Shown: positions 19,736 to 29,810 of the stretch, in pieces
Position numbering within the stretch: the first letter of the stretch is position 1
How the letters are laid out: the number at the start of each line of letters is the position of its first letter
Assembly: GCA_963777505.1 (NCBI GenBank)
Contig: CAVZQN010000003.1
Location: 384,001 to 448,000, forward strand
Length of the DNA: 64,000 bases
From: an uncultured bacterium
GTDB taxonomy: Bacteria; Acidobacteriota; HRBIN11; JAKEFK01
Direction of reading: 5' to 3'
Program-made: the position numbers and the translations under genes
The notes under the pieces: generated by a model
The model's input: the letters and a program-made list of their open reading frames with translations, nothing else
What the model was told of the DNA's origin: nothing
Databases searched by the model: none

Positions 19736-21007
19736 ATGGCTCGCATCATACCGGTATCATCCGGAAAAGGTGGCGTTGGAAAAACGACGTTCGCAATCCA
19801 CTACGCTCTCGTTCTCGCCCGTTTCGGGCGCACAATCCTGATCGATCTTGATTTTGGCACATCCAGCGTTCGAAATAGTATCGACGTTCCCGTTCCAAAC
19901 GACCTTTATCATTTCTTCCGAAAAAATGTTCCGCTTCAAGATTGCATTACACCACTGAATTCTCGTCTGGATCCTCAGCAGCGTTATAGCAATTTTGGAT
20001 TCATCGCCTCGCCCAAAGGATTGATCGAAGACTTAATGAACTTTGATGAGTTCCAAAAAGGACGCTTGATCCGGGCAATTAACTCTCTTCAAGCCGACTA
20101 TATCGTGCTTGATTTAAAAGCGGGGGTCGATGCACGCGTTCTGGACTTCCTGCCACATGCAAATACAGGGGTGATCGTATTTACGCCGTTGGTGCCATCG
20201 GCAATCTATGCTGCTTCTGAAATGGTAAAGCATTTAATTTTGCGCAAACTAAAAGCACTTTTTAACTACGAATCATTTTTATTACGCAGCGGAATCTCGC
20301 AGCATCAAATTGCAAAATACTTGCATCACATTGAATCGATGGAAGACATCTATGAGGCGAAAGAACAAAACTTAGAGGAATTCCTTTCTCTTTTGCAGGT
20401 TGAAATAGACAATGAAACAGTTCTTGCCATGCTTGGAAATGTAATTCGTGATTTCAAAATCTATTACGTCCTGAATCGGTTCAATAGCGTCACCGACAGC
20501 GTTGAAAAAATTATTAGACCTTTTACAAAATCGATTCATGATGCAATTTCGCCCCATTTAAAGATGATCAACCTCGGTTGGATCATAGAGGACGATCGGT
20601 TTTTAAAATCAGCCACCCAACGTATTCCACTATTACTTCAGCAACCGGCAGAAGCTGCTCAGAAACCAGATGCTCGAAAAATGGAATTGACTATGCTGAA
20701 TCAATGGATGGCAGAACTTAAAAAAGAATTTGCACCACTTCCCAAACCGGCACGTTCAGGTTCCGGAACATCAGTCGTTGCAGCACAAAAAATAGCAGTT
20801 TCAAAGGATCCTCTGGAACAACAGTTGAATCTATTGAAAACGATGTTTGCAAATCAGGATCGAAAGGATTTTAAAATAAATTTTGACTACATTACCCAGA
20901 GGAGTCTCCATTTAATGCGGCATGGACGTTTTGATGATTTTGGCGATGTAAAACTATTTGCAACTCTTCAGGATCGTGCCGAGGCAATCTCCACCCGCTG
21001 GCACTAA
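19736..21007 (+). CDS. MinD/FlhG-like P-loop ATPase with insertion and C-terminal extension
   Basis: Deviant Walker A SGKGGVGKTT, LIDLD, DYIVLDL.AG. Confidence 0.8.
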   Translation: MARIIPVSSGKGGVGKTTFAIHYALVLARFGRTILIDLDFGTSSVRNSIDVPVPNDLYHFFRKNVPLQDCITPLNSRLDPQQRYSNFGFIASPKGLIEDLMNFDEFQKGRLIRAINSLQADYIVLDLKAGVDARVLDFLPHANTGVIVFTPLVPSAIYAASEMVKHLILRKLKALFNYESFLLRSGISQHQIAKYLHHIESMEDIYEAKEQNLEEFLSLLQVEIDNETVLAMLGNVIRDFKIYYVLNRFNSVTDSVEKIIRPFTKSIHDAISPHLKMINLGWIIEDDRFLKSATQRIPLLLQQPAEAAQKPDARKMELTMLNQWMAELKKEFAPLPKPARSGSGTSVVAAQKIAVSKDPLEQQLNLLKTMFANQDRKDFKINFDYITQRSLHLMRHGRFDDFGDVKLFATLQDRAEAISTRWH

Positions 21008-21095
21008 CAATCCTTTGTGTCTTTGTGGTAAAAAGTTTGTAGCAATCTTTGAATAACGTATGACCTTGAGGGTAAGTAGTTTGTTATGCAAAGAT

Positions 21096-21120
21096 GTAGG
21101 GGCGGGTCTAAGACCCGCCC
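21096..21120 (+). repeat. GTAG-type REP palindrome, family A copy 3
   Basis: GTAGGGGCGGGTCTAAGACCCGCCC, identical to 12162, between convergent genes. Confidence 0.9.
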
Positions 21121-21126
21121 AAAGAA

Positions 21127-22224
21127 TTACGGATTCTCGATCAAGCCGAATGAAGTTTCATTAGAAGACTGTTCTTGATGTCGTTCTAGACCAAGCTCCA
21201 ATAAACGATCGAGCAACTCTGCGAATGAAAGACCGCTCACTTCCCAGAGCTTCGGATACATGCTTATATTTGTAAATCCTGGAATCGTATTAATTTCATT
21301 CAGATAAAACTTACCAGTGCCTCGTTCCAGAAATAAATCGACACGACCCATTCCTGAGCAACCAATTGCGCGAAAGGAACGGATCGATAGTTCTTGTACT
21401 TTTGCGATTTGTTCTTCACTTAACTTCGCCGGAACAAATAATTCAGTGCTGTCTTCAATATATTTGGCAACATAATCGTAGAATTCTCTTTTCGGCGCGA
21501 TTTCGCCTGGCAGTGATGCTTTCGGTTGTTCGTTGCCCAATACAGAGCATTCAATTTCTCTCGCATCAATCCCTTGCTCAACAATGATTTTTGAATCATA
21601 ACGTGCAGCATCTTGAATTGCCCCATTCAGTTCTTCACGGTTATGAGCTTTTGTAATTCCTACACTCGATCCAAGGTTGACAGGTTTTGTAAAAACCGGG
21701 TAGGTTAAACTTTTTTCAATTGTATTGATGCAGTTCTCGGGAGATTGTTTCCAGTCACTTCTGTAAAACCACACGTAAGCTGCAACAGGCAAATCATTTT
21801 GCACGAAAAGCGCCTTCATTATGGTTTTATCCATTCCTGCAGCCGAGGCAGAGACATTCGCTCCAACATATGGAATCCCGGTACTTTCAAGAAGTCCCTG
21901 AATAATTCCGTCTTCACCAAACGTTCCATGAAGAATTGGAAATGCGATATCGATCTGAAGTTGAGCTTTTAATGTGCTCAGAGCCGGACGATCTATACCA
22001 GGATACAAAAAGACACGTTCTTGCGTCTTTACTGTGTTAGGCAGGGATTCAGTATGTTCGTCAACTCGCCACCAAAACCCTTGTTTATCAATGAAAATTG
22101 GAAACACACTGTGTGTCTTTCTCAACACAGCATGAATCGACCGTGCAGATCGGACTGAGATTTCATGTTCTCCTGATCTGCCACCATATAACAAAGCAAC
22201 TCGTAAAGGCTTCATTTGAAACAT
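21127..22224 (-). CDS. ddl: D-alanine--D-alanine ligase
   Basis: GGRSGEHEIS, LHGTFGEDG, GSSVG, FYDY..KY, NEINTIPG. Confidence 0.97.
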   Translation of the reverse strand: MFQMKPLRVALLYGGRSGEHEISVRSARSIHAVLRKTHSVFPIFIDKQGFWWRVDEHTESLPNTVKTQERVFLYPGIDRPALSTLKAQLQIDIAFPILHGTFGEDGIIQGLLESTGIPYVGANVSASAAGMDKTIMKALFVQNDLPVAAYVWFYRSDWKQSPENCINTIEKSLTYPVFTKPVNLGSSVGITKAHNREELNGAIQDAARYDSKIIVEQGIDAREIECSVLGNEQPKASLPGEIAPKREFYDYVAKYIEDSTELFVPAKLSEEQIAKVQELSIRSFRAIGCSGMGRVDLFLERGTGKFYLNEINTIPGFTNISMYPKLWEVSGLSFAELLDRLLELGLERHQEQSSNETSFGLIENP

Positions 22225-22271
22225 CCTCTCAGCAAAAACATTGCCAGAACTTTGCGTCTTTGTGGTTAGTT

Positions 22272-23219
22272 TTAGCTTTCCTGGTAGTAGCCCATTTTAC
22301 GAAATTTTTCGTATCGTATATGAGTTCGATCGTTCCACGGCAAAACGCTCACTTCATTTAAATGTCTGCTTAAACTTTGCTGAATCAGACTGGCGGCTTG
22401 ATCATAATCTGCATGAGCGGCACCAAGTGGTTCAGGAATAATTTCATCGATTAAACCCAGATTTTTCAAATCGATAGCTGTCAGGTGAAGATTGTGTGCA
22501 GCTTCTTCCGCTTTCCCTGCATCCTTCCATAAGATGGATGCGCACCCTTCGGGCGAAATTACTGAATAGATGGAATACTGTAGCATGAGCACACGATCTG
22601 TAACTCCGAGCGCCAGCGCACCGCCGCTTCCGCCTTCACCGATCACAACGGCGACTGAAGGGATTTTTAAACGTGCCATTTCACGCAGATTCAGTGCGAT
22701 TGCTTCTGATTGTCCACGTTCTTCGGCGCCGATTCCTGGATATGCTCCGGGAGTATCAATGAACGTAACCACAGGTTTTTTGTATTTTTCTGCCAGTTTC
22801 ATAAGTCGTAATGCCTTACGATACCCTTCAGGATTTGCCATTCCGAAGTTTCTGATAATCCGTTGCTTAGAATCGCGCCCTTTTTGATGTCCGATCACCA
22901 TGACAGTTTGATCCTGAAACGTTGCGAATCCACCGACAATTGCATGATCATCCGCAAAACGTCGATCACCATGAAGTTCCATGAAATCGGGAAAGAGCCG
23001 CTGAAGATAATCCAACGTATGAGGACGCTGCGGATGGCGCGCGACCATTGTAATTTCCCAGGGATTTAGATTTGAATAGATTTCACGTCTAAATCGGGCA
23101 AGCTTAGTCTTAAGCTTTTCTAGACGCTCAGCCGTGTCGGGTCTGTCGGAAAAAATGCTAAGTTGCTCGATTTCTTTGAGCAAATCGACAATTGGAGCTT
23201 CAAAATTATAATTACCCAT
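22272..23219 (-). CDS. accA: acetyl-CoA carboxylase carboxyltransferase alpha subunit
   Basis: ARHPQRP, ELHGDR, PEGYRKA, IDTPGA, GEGGSGGA. Confidence 0.97.
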   Translation of the reverse strand: MGNYNFEAPIVDLLKEIEQLSIFSDRPDTAERLEKLKTKLARFRREIYSNLNPWEITMVARHPQRPHTLDYLQRLFPDFMELHGDRRFADDHAIVGGFATFQDQTVMVIGHQKGRDSKQRIIRNFGMANPEGYRKALRLMKLAEKYKKPVVTFIDTPGAYPGIGAEERGQSEAIALNLREMARLKIPSVAVVIGEGGSGGALALGVTDRVLMLQYSIYSVISPEGCASILWKDAGKAEEAAHNLHLTAIDLKNLGLIDEIIPEPLGAAHADYDQAASLIQQSLSRHLNEVSVLPWNDRTHIRYEKFRKMGYYQES

Positions 23220-23227
23220 AGATTAAG

Positions 23228-23270
23228 AAACCGCAGAAAACGCCGAGTAGATCTGCGTTCTCTGCGGTTT
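23228..23270. repeat. hairpin form of the 20-mer repeat family between dnaE and accA
   Basis: AAACCGCAGAAAACGC..GCGTTCTCTGCGGTTT. Confidence 0.7.
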
Positions 23271-23304
23271 CAACCTATTTTACATCAACTGAGAGGGGGG
23301 ACGT

Positions 23305-26300
23305 TTAGAACTCAAAACAGCCAGGTCCCAGAAGCTCCTCGAGTGCAAACAGAAATTCACGCGTAGGAGATATCCGGAAAGTTGGACCTGCCTGCAGATT
23401 TGCGACAAATTCAGGCTTTTTGAGAATAAAAGTAAGGTTACATTCACCGCGATGCTGCTCAACTATATTCCTGAGCCGCTCAATCTTTTCATTTTCCATA
23501 CCTGGAAGATAAACATTGATCTTAAGCTGCTGCGAGAGCTTTTCTCTGGCATCTTTTAAGAGAATAATATCGGACGCAATCAGGTTCATTGAGTCTTCTT
23601 TTAAATCTAATCGGCCTTTCACTACCAATTCCGCCTCTTCTTCTATAAACATCATATTATTCTTATAGAGTTCAGGGAAAATAATGGTCTCAATCATTCC
23701 AGTTAGATCTTCGAGTTCAACATATGCCATGAGATCCCCTTTGCGGGTTCTAACCTGTTTGATATGACCTACGATTCCACCAACAAGGGCTTCACGGCCG
23801 TCCCATGTGTTATCAATCGATTCGATTGAAGTCGTAAATGTGTCAAGTGTCTCGCGATATTTATGCAGTGGATGTCCGGAAATGTAGAACCCCAGAGTTT
23901 CTTTTTCATGAGCCAGCTTTTCTTGTGGATCAAAATCATCAATTCCATAATTTACGGCTGAGCCTGAACCGATATCATCCATATCAAACAGGAAAGCCTG
24001 ATTTGCATTCCTTTCCTTTCTCGCAATATTTTCAAGAATGCGATCCAATTGTTGAGACATCCCTTTTCGTGGAGCTTTGAAACCATCCATTGCGCCGCAA
24101 CGAATCAAACTTTCAACTACACGTTTATTTACTGTGCGTGAATCTACACGTTCATAAAATTCTTCGAGTGATCGGAAGGATGCAGTGGAACGCGCTCTAA
24201 TAATGGATTGAATTGCTGAACTCCCTACATTTTTTACTGCAGCAAGCCCAAATCGAACTGCATCTTGCTCAACCGAAAATTTTTCCCCGCTATCATTAAT
24301 ATCAGGTGGAAGGATTTTGATGCCCATTAGCCGGCATTCGTTAAAGTACTTCACGATTTCCTGGCGCTTTTCAATCTGGCTCGATAGAAGTGCTGCAATG
24401 AAAGGAAGTGGATAATATGTTTTCAAATATGCAGTTTGATATGCGACGAGTGCATAGGCTGTTGAATGCGACTTGTTAAATCCATATTGGGCAAACTTTT
24501 CCATTAAATCGAACAACTCGCCTGCTTTTGCTGTATTGAGGTTTCTTTCCGCAGCTCCTTTTATGAACTTTGCGCGTTGAGCTTGCATTACATCCATCTT
24601 CTTTTTTCCCATTGCGCGGCGAAGAAGATCGGCTTCACCCAGGCTGAATCCGCCAATTTTGCTGGCAATTTGCATAACCTGTTCCTGGTACACAATGATT
24701 CCGTATGTTTCTTTCAGGATCGGTTCAAGTTCTGGAAGTAAATATTGAATTCGCACTTTGCCGTGTTTTCGAGCAATACAATCTTCAAGCATTTGCATTG
24801 GGCCAGGCCTGAAGAGGGCATTCAGCATGATTAAGTCTTCAAAACGTTCGGGCTTAAACTTCCGTAGAAGATTTTTCATTCCCGAACTTTCAAACTGGAA
24901 CACTCCGTTTGTTTTACCTTCCGTAAAAATTTGATAAACCTTCGGATCGTCTAAAGGAATATCGAGGATTTTTATTTCCTGGCCTGTGATTTCACGGATG
25001 AGCTGCAGAGCGTCATCGATGATTGTGAAGGTTGCAACGCCCAGAAAATCCATTTTGAGAAGTCCGAGCCGCTCAAGGACTTTCATGTCGTATTGAGTTG
25101 TGATGACATCTTCCTTGCTGCGGAATAATGGAACAAGCTCCATCAGAGGTTTTGGAGCGATCACAACACCACCGGCATGGATCGATGCATTGCGCACAAG
25201 GCCTTCTAGTTTTCGTGCTGTATCCATCCAATCCAATACTTTTTCATCTTTCATGGCATCTTGAAGTTGAGGTGTGTTATGAATGGCAGATTCGAGATTG
25301 ATATGCAGTTCGTTTGGAATCATTTTCGCAATGCGGTCACATTGTGTATATGGATATTCCATCGCGCGCCCAACATCTCGCGTCACAACACGTGCTGCAA
25401 GTGTGTTGAAGGTTATGATTTGAGCGACGTTTTCGCGGCCGTATCTTTGCGTAACGTAATCGATCACTTCGCCACGGCGTCTTCCGCAGAAGTCGATATC
25501 GATATCAGGCATGCTAATGCGTTCCGGATTCAAAAAGCGTTCAAAGATGAGATCGTATTGTAATGGATCGATGTCGGTAATTTGCAGACAATAGGCGACT
25601 AATGATCCTGCAGCCGAACCGCGTCCAGGTCCAACGGGAATGCCATGCTCTTTTGCATACTTAATGAAGTCCCAGACGATCATGAAATAGCCTTCGAACC
25701 CCATTTGCTTGATCATGTTGATTTCGATAGATCAAACGTTGCTCATATTCCCAGATTGCATGCCGCAATTTATTTGCGGCAGAGGTTTTTGCCAATTCAG
25801 CTTTTCGAAATTCAAATCCATCGCGAACTGTGTGTTCGAAATAATCCGAGAGTGACAAGCCTTCTGGTACGGGAAACAAGGGCAGATGATAGCCAGTGCT
25901 GCGAAGATCTACATGACATCGTTTCCCGATCTCAGCGGCTGTCATTAAGGCTTGTGGCAGATCTTTAAAGACACGCGCCATTTCTTCGGGCGACTTAATG
26001 TAAAAACCTTCGGAACCAAACTTCATCCGGTTTTGTTCATTAATCGTCCGGTTCGTTTGAATGCAAAGCAGGATGTCATGCGCGCGATGATCTTCTTTAT
26101 TGATGTAGTGAGAATCGTTGGTTGCCACCAACGGAATCTCAAGCTTGGAAGACATTTCTAAGAGGCTTGTATTAATTCTGGTTTGATCGGCTAATCCGTG
26201 ATCCTGAATTTCAAGAAAATAATTTCCGACACCAAATATTTCTTGATATTGACCGGCAACCTTCATCGCATTTTTGACGTTGCCGGCAAGAAGATTCACC

Positions 26301-26737
26301 GCAACTTCACCGCTCAAGCATGCGCTGAGTACAACGAGACCTTTGCTGTGCTCTGCAAGTAATTCTTTATCGACGCGGGGTTTGTAGTAATAGCCTTCTA
26401 AATTCGCTTTCGATACTAGCTTTAGAAGATTGTGATATCCCTCGTTATTTTCGGCAAGGACCACAAGATGATAATTGTTTTCTTCCGTATCACTTGGCTT
26501 TCCGGTTTTATCAAAACGCGACACGGGTGCAACATACATTTCGCAGCCAATAATCGGTTTAACGCCTTTCTTGATTGCGAGATCATGAAATTCAACAGCA
26601 CCAAACATGTTGCCATGATCGGTGACGGCGACAGATGTCATACCTAGAGATGCGACCTTATCAATCAAGCGTTCAATTTTGCAGGCGCCATCTAGCAAGC
26701 TGTAATCAGAATGAAGGTGAAGGTGAGTGTAATCCAA
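23305..26737 (-). CDS. dnaE: DNA polymerase III alpha subunit (apparent +1 frameshift near 25726)
   Basis: PHP HLHLHSDYSLLDG; GPGRGSAAGS, PDIDID, YGFNKSH, OB fold; deleting one base restores RLIYEINMIKQMGF. Confidence 0.95.
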
Positions 26738-26769
26738 TCTCTATCTCTCTTTGTGTCTTTGCGGTTAAC

Positions 26770-28302
26770 TTATTCCCATTCAATTGTACCGGGTGGTTTT
26801 GATGTGATGTCATATACCACACGGTTGATTCCGGGAATTTCATTCACAATGCGGCTGGAAATTGTTGCCAGTACATCATATGGCAAACGCACCCAATCGG
26901 CTGTCATTCCATCCTGACTCTGAACTGCACGCAATGCAACTACATTGCTATACGTTCGATTGTCTCCCATCACTCCAACACTTCGCACTGGAAGCAGCAC
27001 TGCAAAAGATTGCCATAATTGCCGATATAAACCGGCTTTCACGATTTCTTCTTTTACGACTGCATCCGCTTTTTGAAGCAGATCTAAACGATCGCGAGTG
27101 ATCGGTCCTAGCAAGCGTACAGCCAAGCCGGGTCCAGGGAACGGCTGTCGATATAAAATTTCATCAGGTAAACCCATTTCCAGGCCGATCCGTCGCACTT
27201 CATCTTTGAAGATTTCACGGAACGGTTCAATTAATTCAAGCTTCATTTTCTTAATCACATCTATTAAATTGTGATGTGTTTTGATGACTTGTGCTGTGCC
27301 TCTAAATCCGCCGCTTTCAATTACGTCCGGGTACAATGTTCCTTGAGCAAGATAATGAATTCCATCAGTTTCTGCTGCAATTTTTTCGAATATTTCCACG
27401 AAGGCACGTCCGATGATTTTGCGTTTATCTTCGGGATTCTCAACGTTTTCTAATCGTGAAAGGAAATATTCGGAGGCATCGTAGTATCGAACATTTAATC
27501 CGGCAGCTTGCAGCCGTTTGGTAACCTGCTCGCCTTCATTGAGCCGCAACAAACCGTTATCAATGAAGACTGGCACTAATGCGTCACCGGCGGCTTTCTT
27601 TAATAAAAATGCCATGACGGTGCTGTCGACTCCGCCGCTTAAAGCACATAAGATTTTGCCTTTTTTCACCTTCTCACGAACAGCATCACAGGTCTCTTCT
27701 ATAAATGAAGCAGGAGTCCAATCTCCTTTGCAGCCGCAAATTTCAAATACGAAATTCCGCAAAATTTCTTTACCATGTTTTGTATGGACAACTTCAGGAT
27801 GGAACTGAATTCCATAGAGAATGCCGCGTTCATCACAAATTGCTGCGACAGGTGAATTGGCCGTTGCCGCAATCGACTTAAATCCATGCGGACTCTCCAG
27901 AATTCGATCTCCGTGACTCATCCAAACATCTTGATGAGATTCGAGACCTTGAAAAAGCGGATCATTTTTGACTTCAATGGTTGCCGGGCCATATTCTTTT
28001 CGTTCGGCACCGGCGACTTTACCGCCGAGTTGGTATGTAATTAATTGCATTCCATAACAAATACCAAGCACAGGCAATTCCATTTTCAAAAGTGAAGGAT
28101 CGCTATGAAATGCGCCATTCTCGTAAACCGAAGCCGGACCACCCGAAAAAACAATTCCCTTCGCATTTCGTTCTCGAATTTCTTCAGGGGTGATTGTATG
28201 CGGAACAATTTCGGAATATACATTCAATTCACGAATCCGGCGGGCGATTAGTTGTGTGTACTGACCGCCGAAATCAAGAACAAGAATGGATTCTTTTTTC
28301 AT
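26770..28302 (-). CDS. guaA: GMP synthase (glutamine-hydrolysing)
   Basis: LDFGGQY, GICYGMQ, QFHPEV, SGGVDS, PFPGPG, KPPGTIEWE. Confidence 0.98.
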   Translation of the reverse strand: MKKESILVLDFGGQYTQLIARRIRELNVYSEIVPHTITPEEIRERNAKGIVFSGGPASVYENGAFHSDPSLLKMELPVLGICYGMQLITYQLGGKVAGAERKEYGPATIEVKNDPLFQGLESHQDVWMSHGDRILESPHGFKSIAATANSPVAAICDERGILYGIQFHPEVVHTKHGKEILRNFVFEICGCKGDWTPASFIEETCDAVREKVKKGKILCALSGGVDSTVMAFLLKKAAGDALVPVFIDNGLLRLNEGEQVTKRLQAAGLNVRYYDASEYFLSRLENVENPEDKRKIIGRAFVEIFEKIAAETDGIHYLAQGTLYPDVIESGGFRGTAQVIKTHHNLIDVIKKMKLELIEPFREIFKDEVRRIGLEMGLPDEILYRQPFPGPGLAVRLLGPITRDRLDLLQKADAVVKEEIVKAGLYRQLWQSFAVLLPVRSVGVMGDNRTYSNVVALRAVQSQDGMTADWVRLPYDVLATISSRIVNEIPGINRVVYDITSKPPGTIEWE

Positions 28303-28368
28303 AAAAGTTACGTGATTATATTAAATAAAACTAAAAATAAAAAATGAAAACTTTGAGTCTTTGCGGTT

Positions 28369-29118
28369 ATGGAACTAACTCGAGCGCAGAAAAAGTGAAA
28401 TCCTGCAGAAAGGGATTTGTAGTTCTGACGAGATTTGGTCCCACAGAAAAAAATAAATGTTTCTTTGCGTGCCATCAACCATTCTGTTGGTGAAGGCATG
28501 AATAAAGAGGACATAAAAGAGTTCAGATCACTATCGTTTTGTCCGGAGCTTCTCGGACAACCGCCGATATTGGATCTGCTTTATGAGGCGCCGGTTTGGT
28601 CGGCGGTACAATCGTTGATTGGAAAAAACAAAGTACAACTTTGGGGGAAGGGTCAGATAGCTTTACGTTTTCCTGTAATGGAAACACCCGGAAAAATGTT
28701 TCCTCATATCGATGGGATGTACAGCCCTGGTAATAAAGTTCAAAAAGGGACTTTAGAAACTTTTACAATGCTTGTGGGTGTCTTGTTGAGTGATGTACCG
28801 AATGAATATTGGGGAAATTTCACGGTTTGGCCTGAGTCCCATCATCTTCTTGAAGCGTATTTCCAGAAGCATGGTATTGATTCAATCAAAGATGAACTCC
28901 CACCTTTAAAGCCCCAGGATGCGCATCAGATAATCGGAAAAGCCGGAGATGTAATCTTATGCCACTATCAGCTTGCGCATACAGTCGCGATTAATGTATC
29001 GCCCTATATCAGATACGCAGTTTTCTTCAGGCTGAAACACACAGAACACGCTGCTCATAAATCAAAAGTGCTTACCGATCTGTGGATGGAATGGCCTGGT
29101 ATTCGCGAGATTATTTGA
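28369..29118 (+). CDS. phytanoyl-CoA dioxygenase (PhyH)-like Fe(II)/2OG enzyme; first 66 nt carry about three apparent +1 insertions
   Basis: HID and H.V metal motifs, GN.TVWP.SH, GDVIL.H; corrected N-terminus approximates MELTRAQKSEILQKGFVVLRDLVP. Confidence 0.75.
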
Positions 29119-29194
29119 AGGGCCCACTCCTGTCGCCTATAAACAAAAAGAACCCTATGACAGAATGGTATAAAAACGGTATAATTTCTACCAG

Positions 29195-29470
29195 ATGAGG
29201 ATAAGATGGGAAGAAAGTAAACGACAGCAAGTGTTAGGAAAACGCCATATCGACTTTGCTGATTTGGAAGATTTGCTTTATTTACCATATATCGAGGATC
29301 AACGTTCGGAGAATCCGGAGCAATACCGAATAATTGGTTTCGCCGCTGGAAAATTTACAACCTTCATTGTTGAGTATCGGGAAGATTATGTTGGTGATTT
29401 TATCTGGGTTGTAACAGCTTGGAAATCGACAAAACAAGAAAGAGATACCTATGAAAAAGAAACTCGCTAA
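29195..29470 (+). CDS. BrnT-family toxin (RNase)
   Basis: W...K.......IDF, E.Y..IG, VVTAWK....ER..Y. Confidence 0.8.
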   Translation: MRIRWEESKRQQVLGKRHIDFADLEDLLYLPYIEDQRSENPEQYRIIGFAAGKFTTFIVEYREDYVGDFIWVVTAWKSTKQERDTYEKETR

Positions 29471-29717
29471 AACAAAACTTCAAGACATAGAAGATATTGC
29501 TGAAAAAGCACAGCGTGGCCAAGACGTATCAAAGTATTTCACAGCTCAACATACTGCAAAACAGCGCGTAAATATTGATTTCCCTTTGGAATTACTCAAA
29601 ACTATCGACGCTGAATGCAGACGAATCGGAATTACAAGGCAAGGTTGGATTAAGATGGCTTGTGATGAAAAGATTCGCAGGACTCAAGCAACACGAATCG
29701 TCAAGTCCATGCAGTAA
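29451..29717 (+). CDS. BrnA/CopG-like ribbon-helix-helix antitoxin
   Basis: RVNIDFP......ID....IGITRQ..IK; overlaps toxin 3' end. Confidence 0.8.
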   Translation: MKKKLAKTKLQDIEDIAEKAQRGQDVSKYFTAQHTAKQRVNIDFPLELLKTIDAECRRIGITRQGWIKMACDEKIRRTQATRIVKSMQ

Positions 29718-29810
29718 GGCTAAAACTTTCTCTTTGCCAAAATCGGTGCTGACAGCTTTATGAATGTCTGGCTAATTTGAAGGAACCTTTTTAACGCCGA
29801 GGACGCCGAC

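Noticed and set aside
25661-25760. Split dnaE as a split intein or programmed frameshift
   Set aside because: No intein Cys/His-Asn termini and no slippery heptamer; deleting one base restores the conserved RL.YE motif, matching the other +1 errors.
28396-28428. Selenocysteine or stop-codon readthrough at the PhyH 5' end
   Set aside because: Three mixed stops (TGA, TAG, TGA); the family-like peptide lies in shifted frames, indicating indels.
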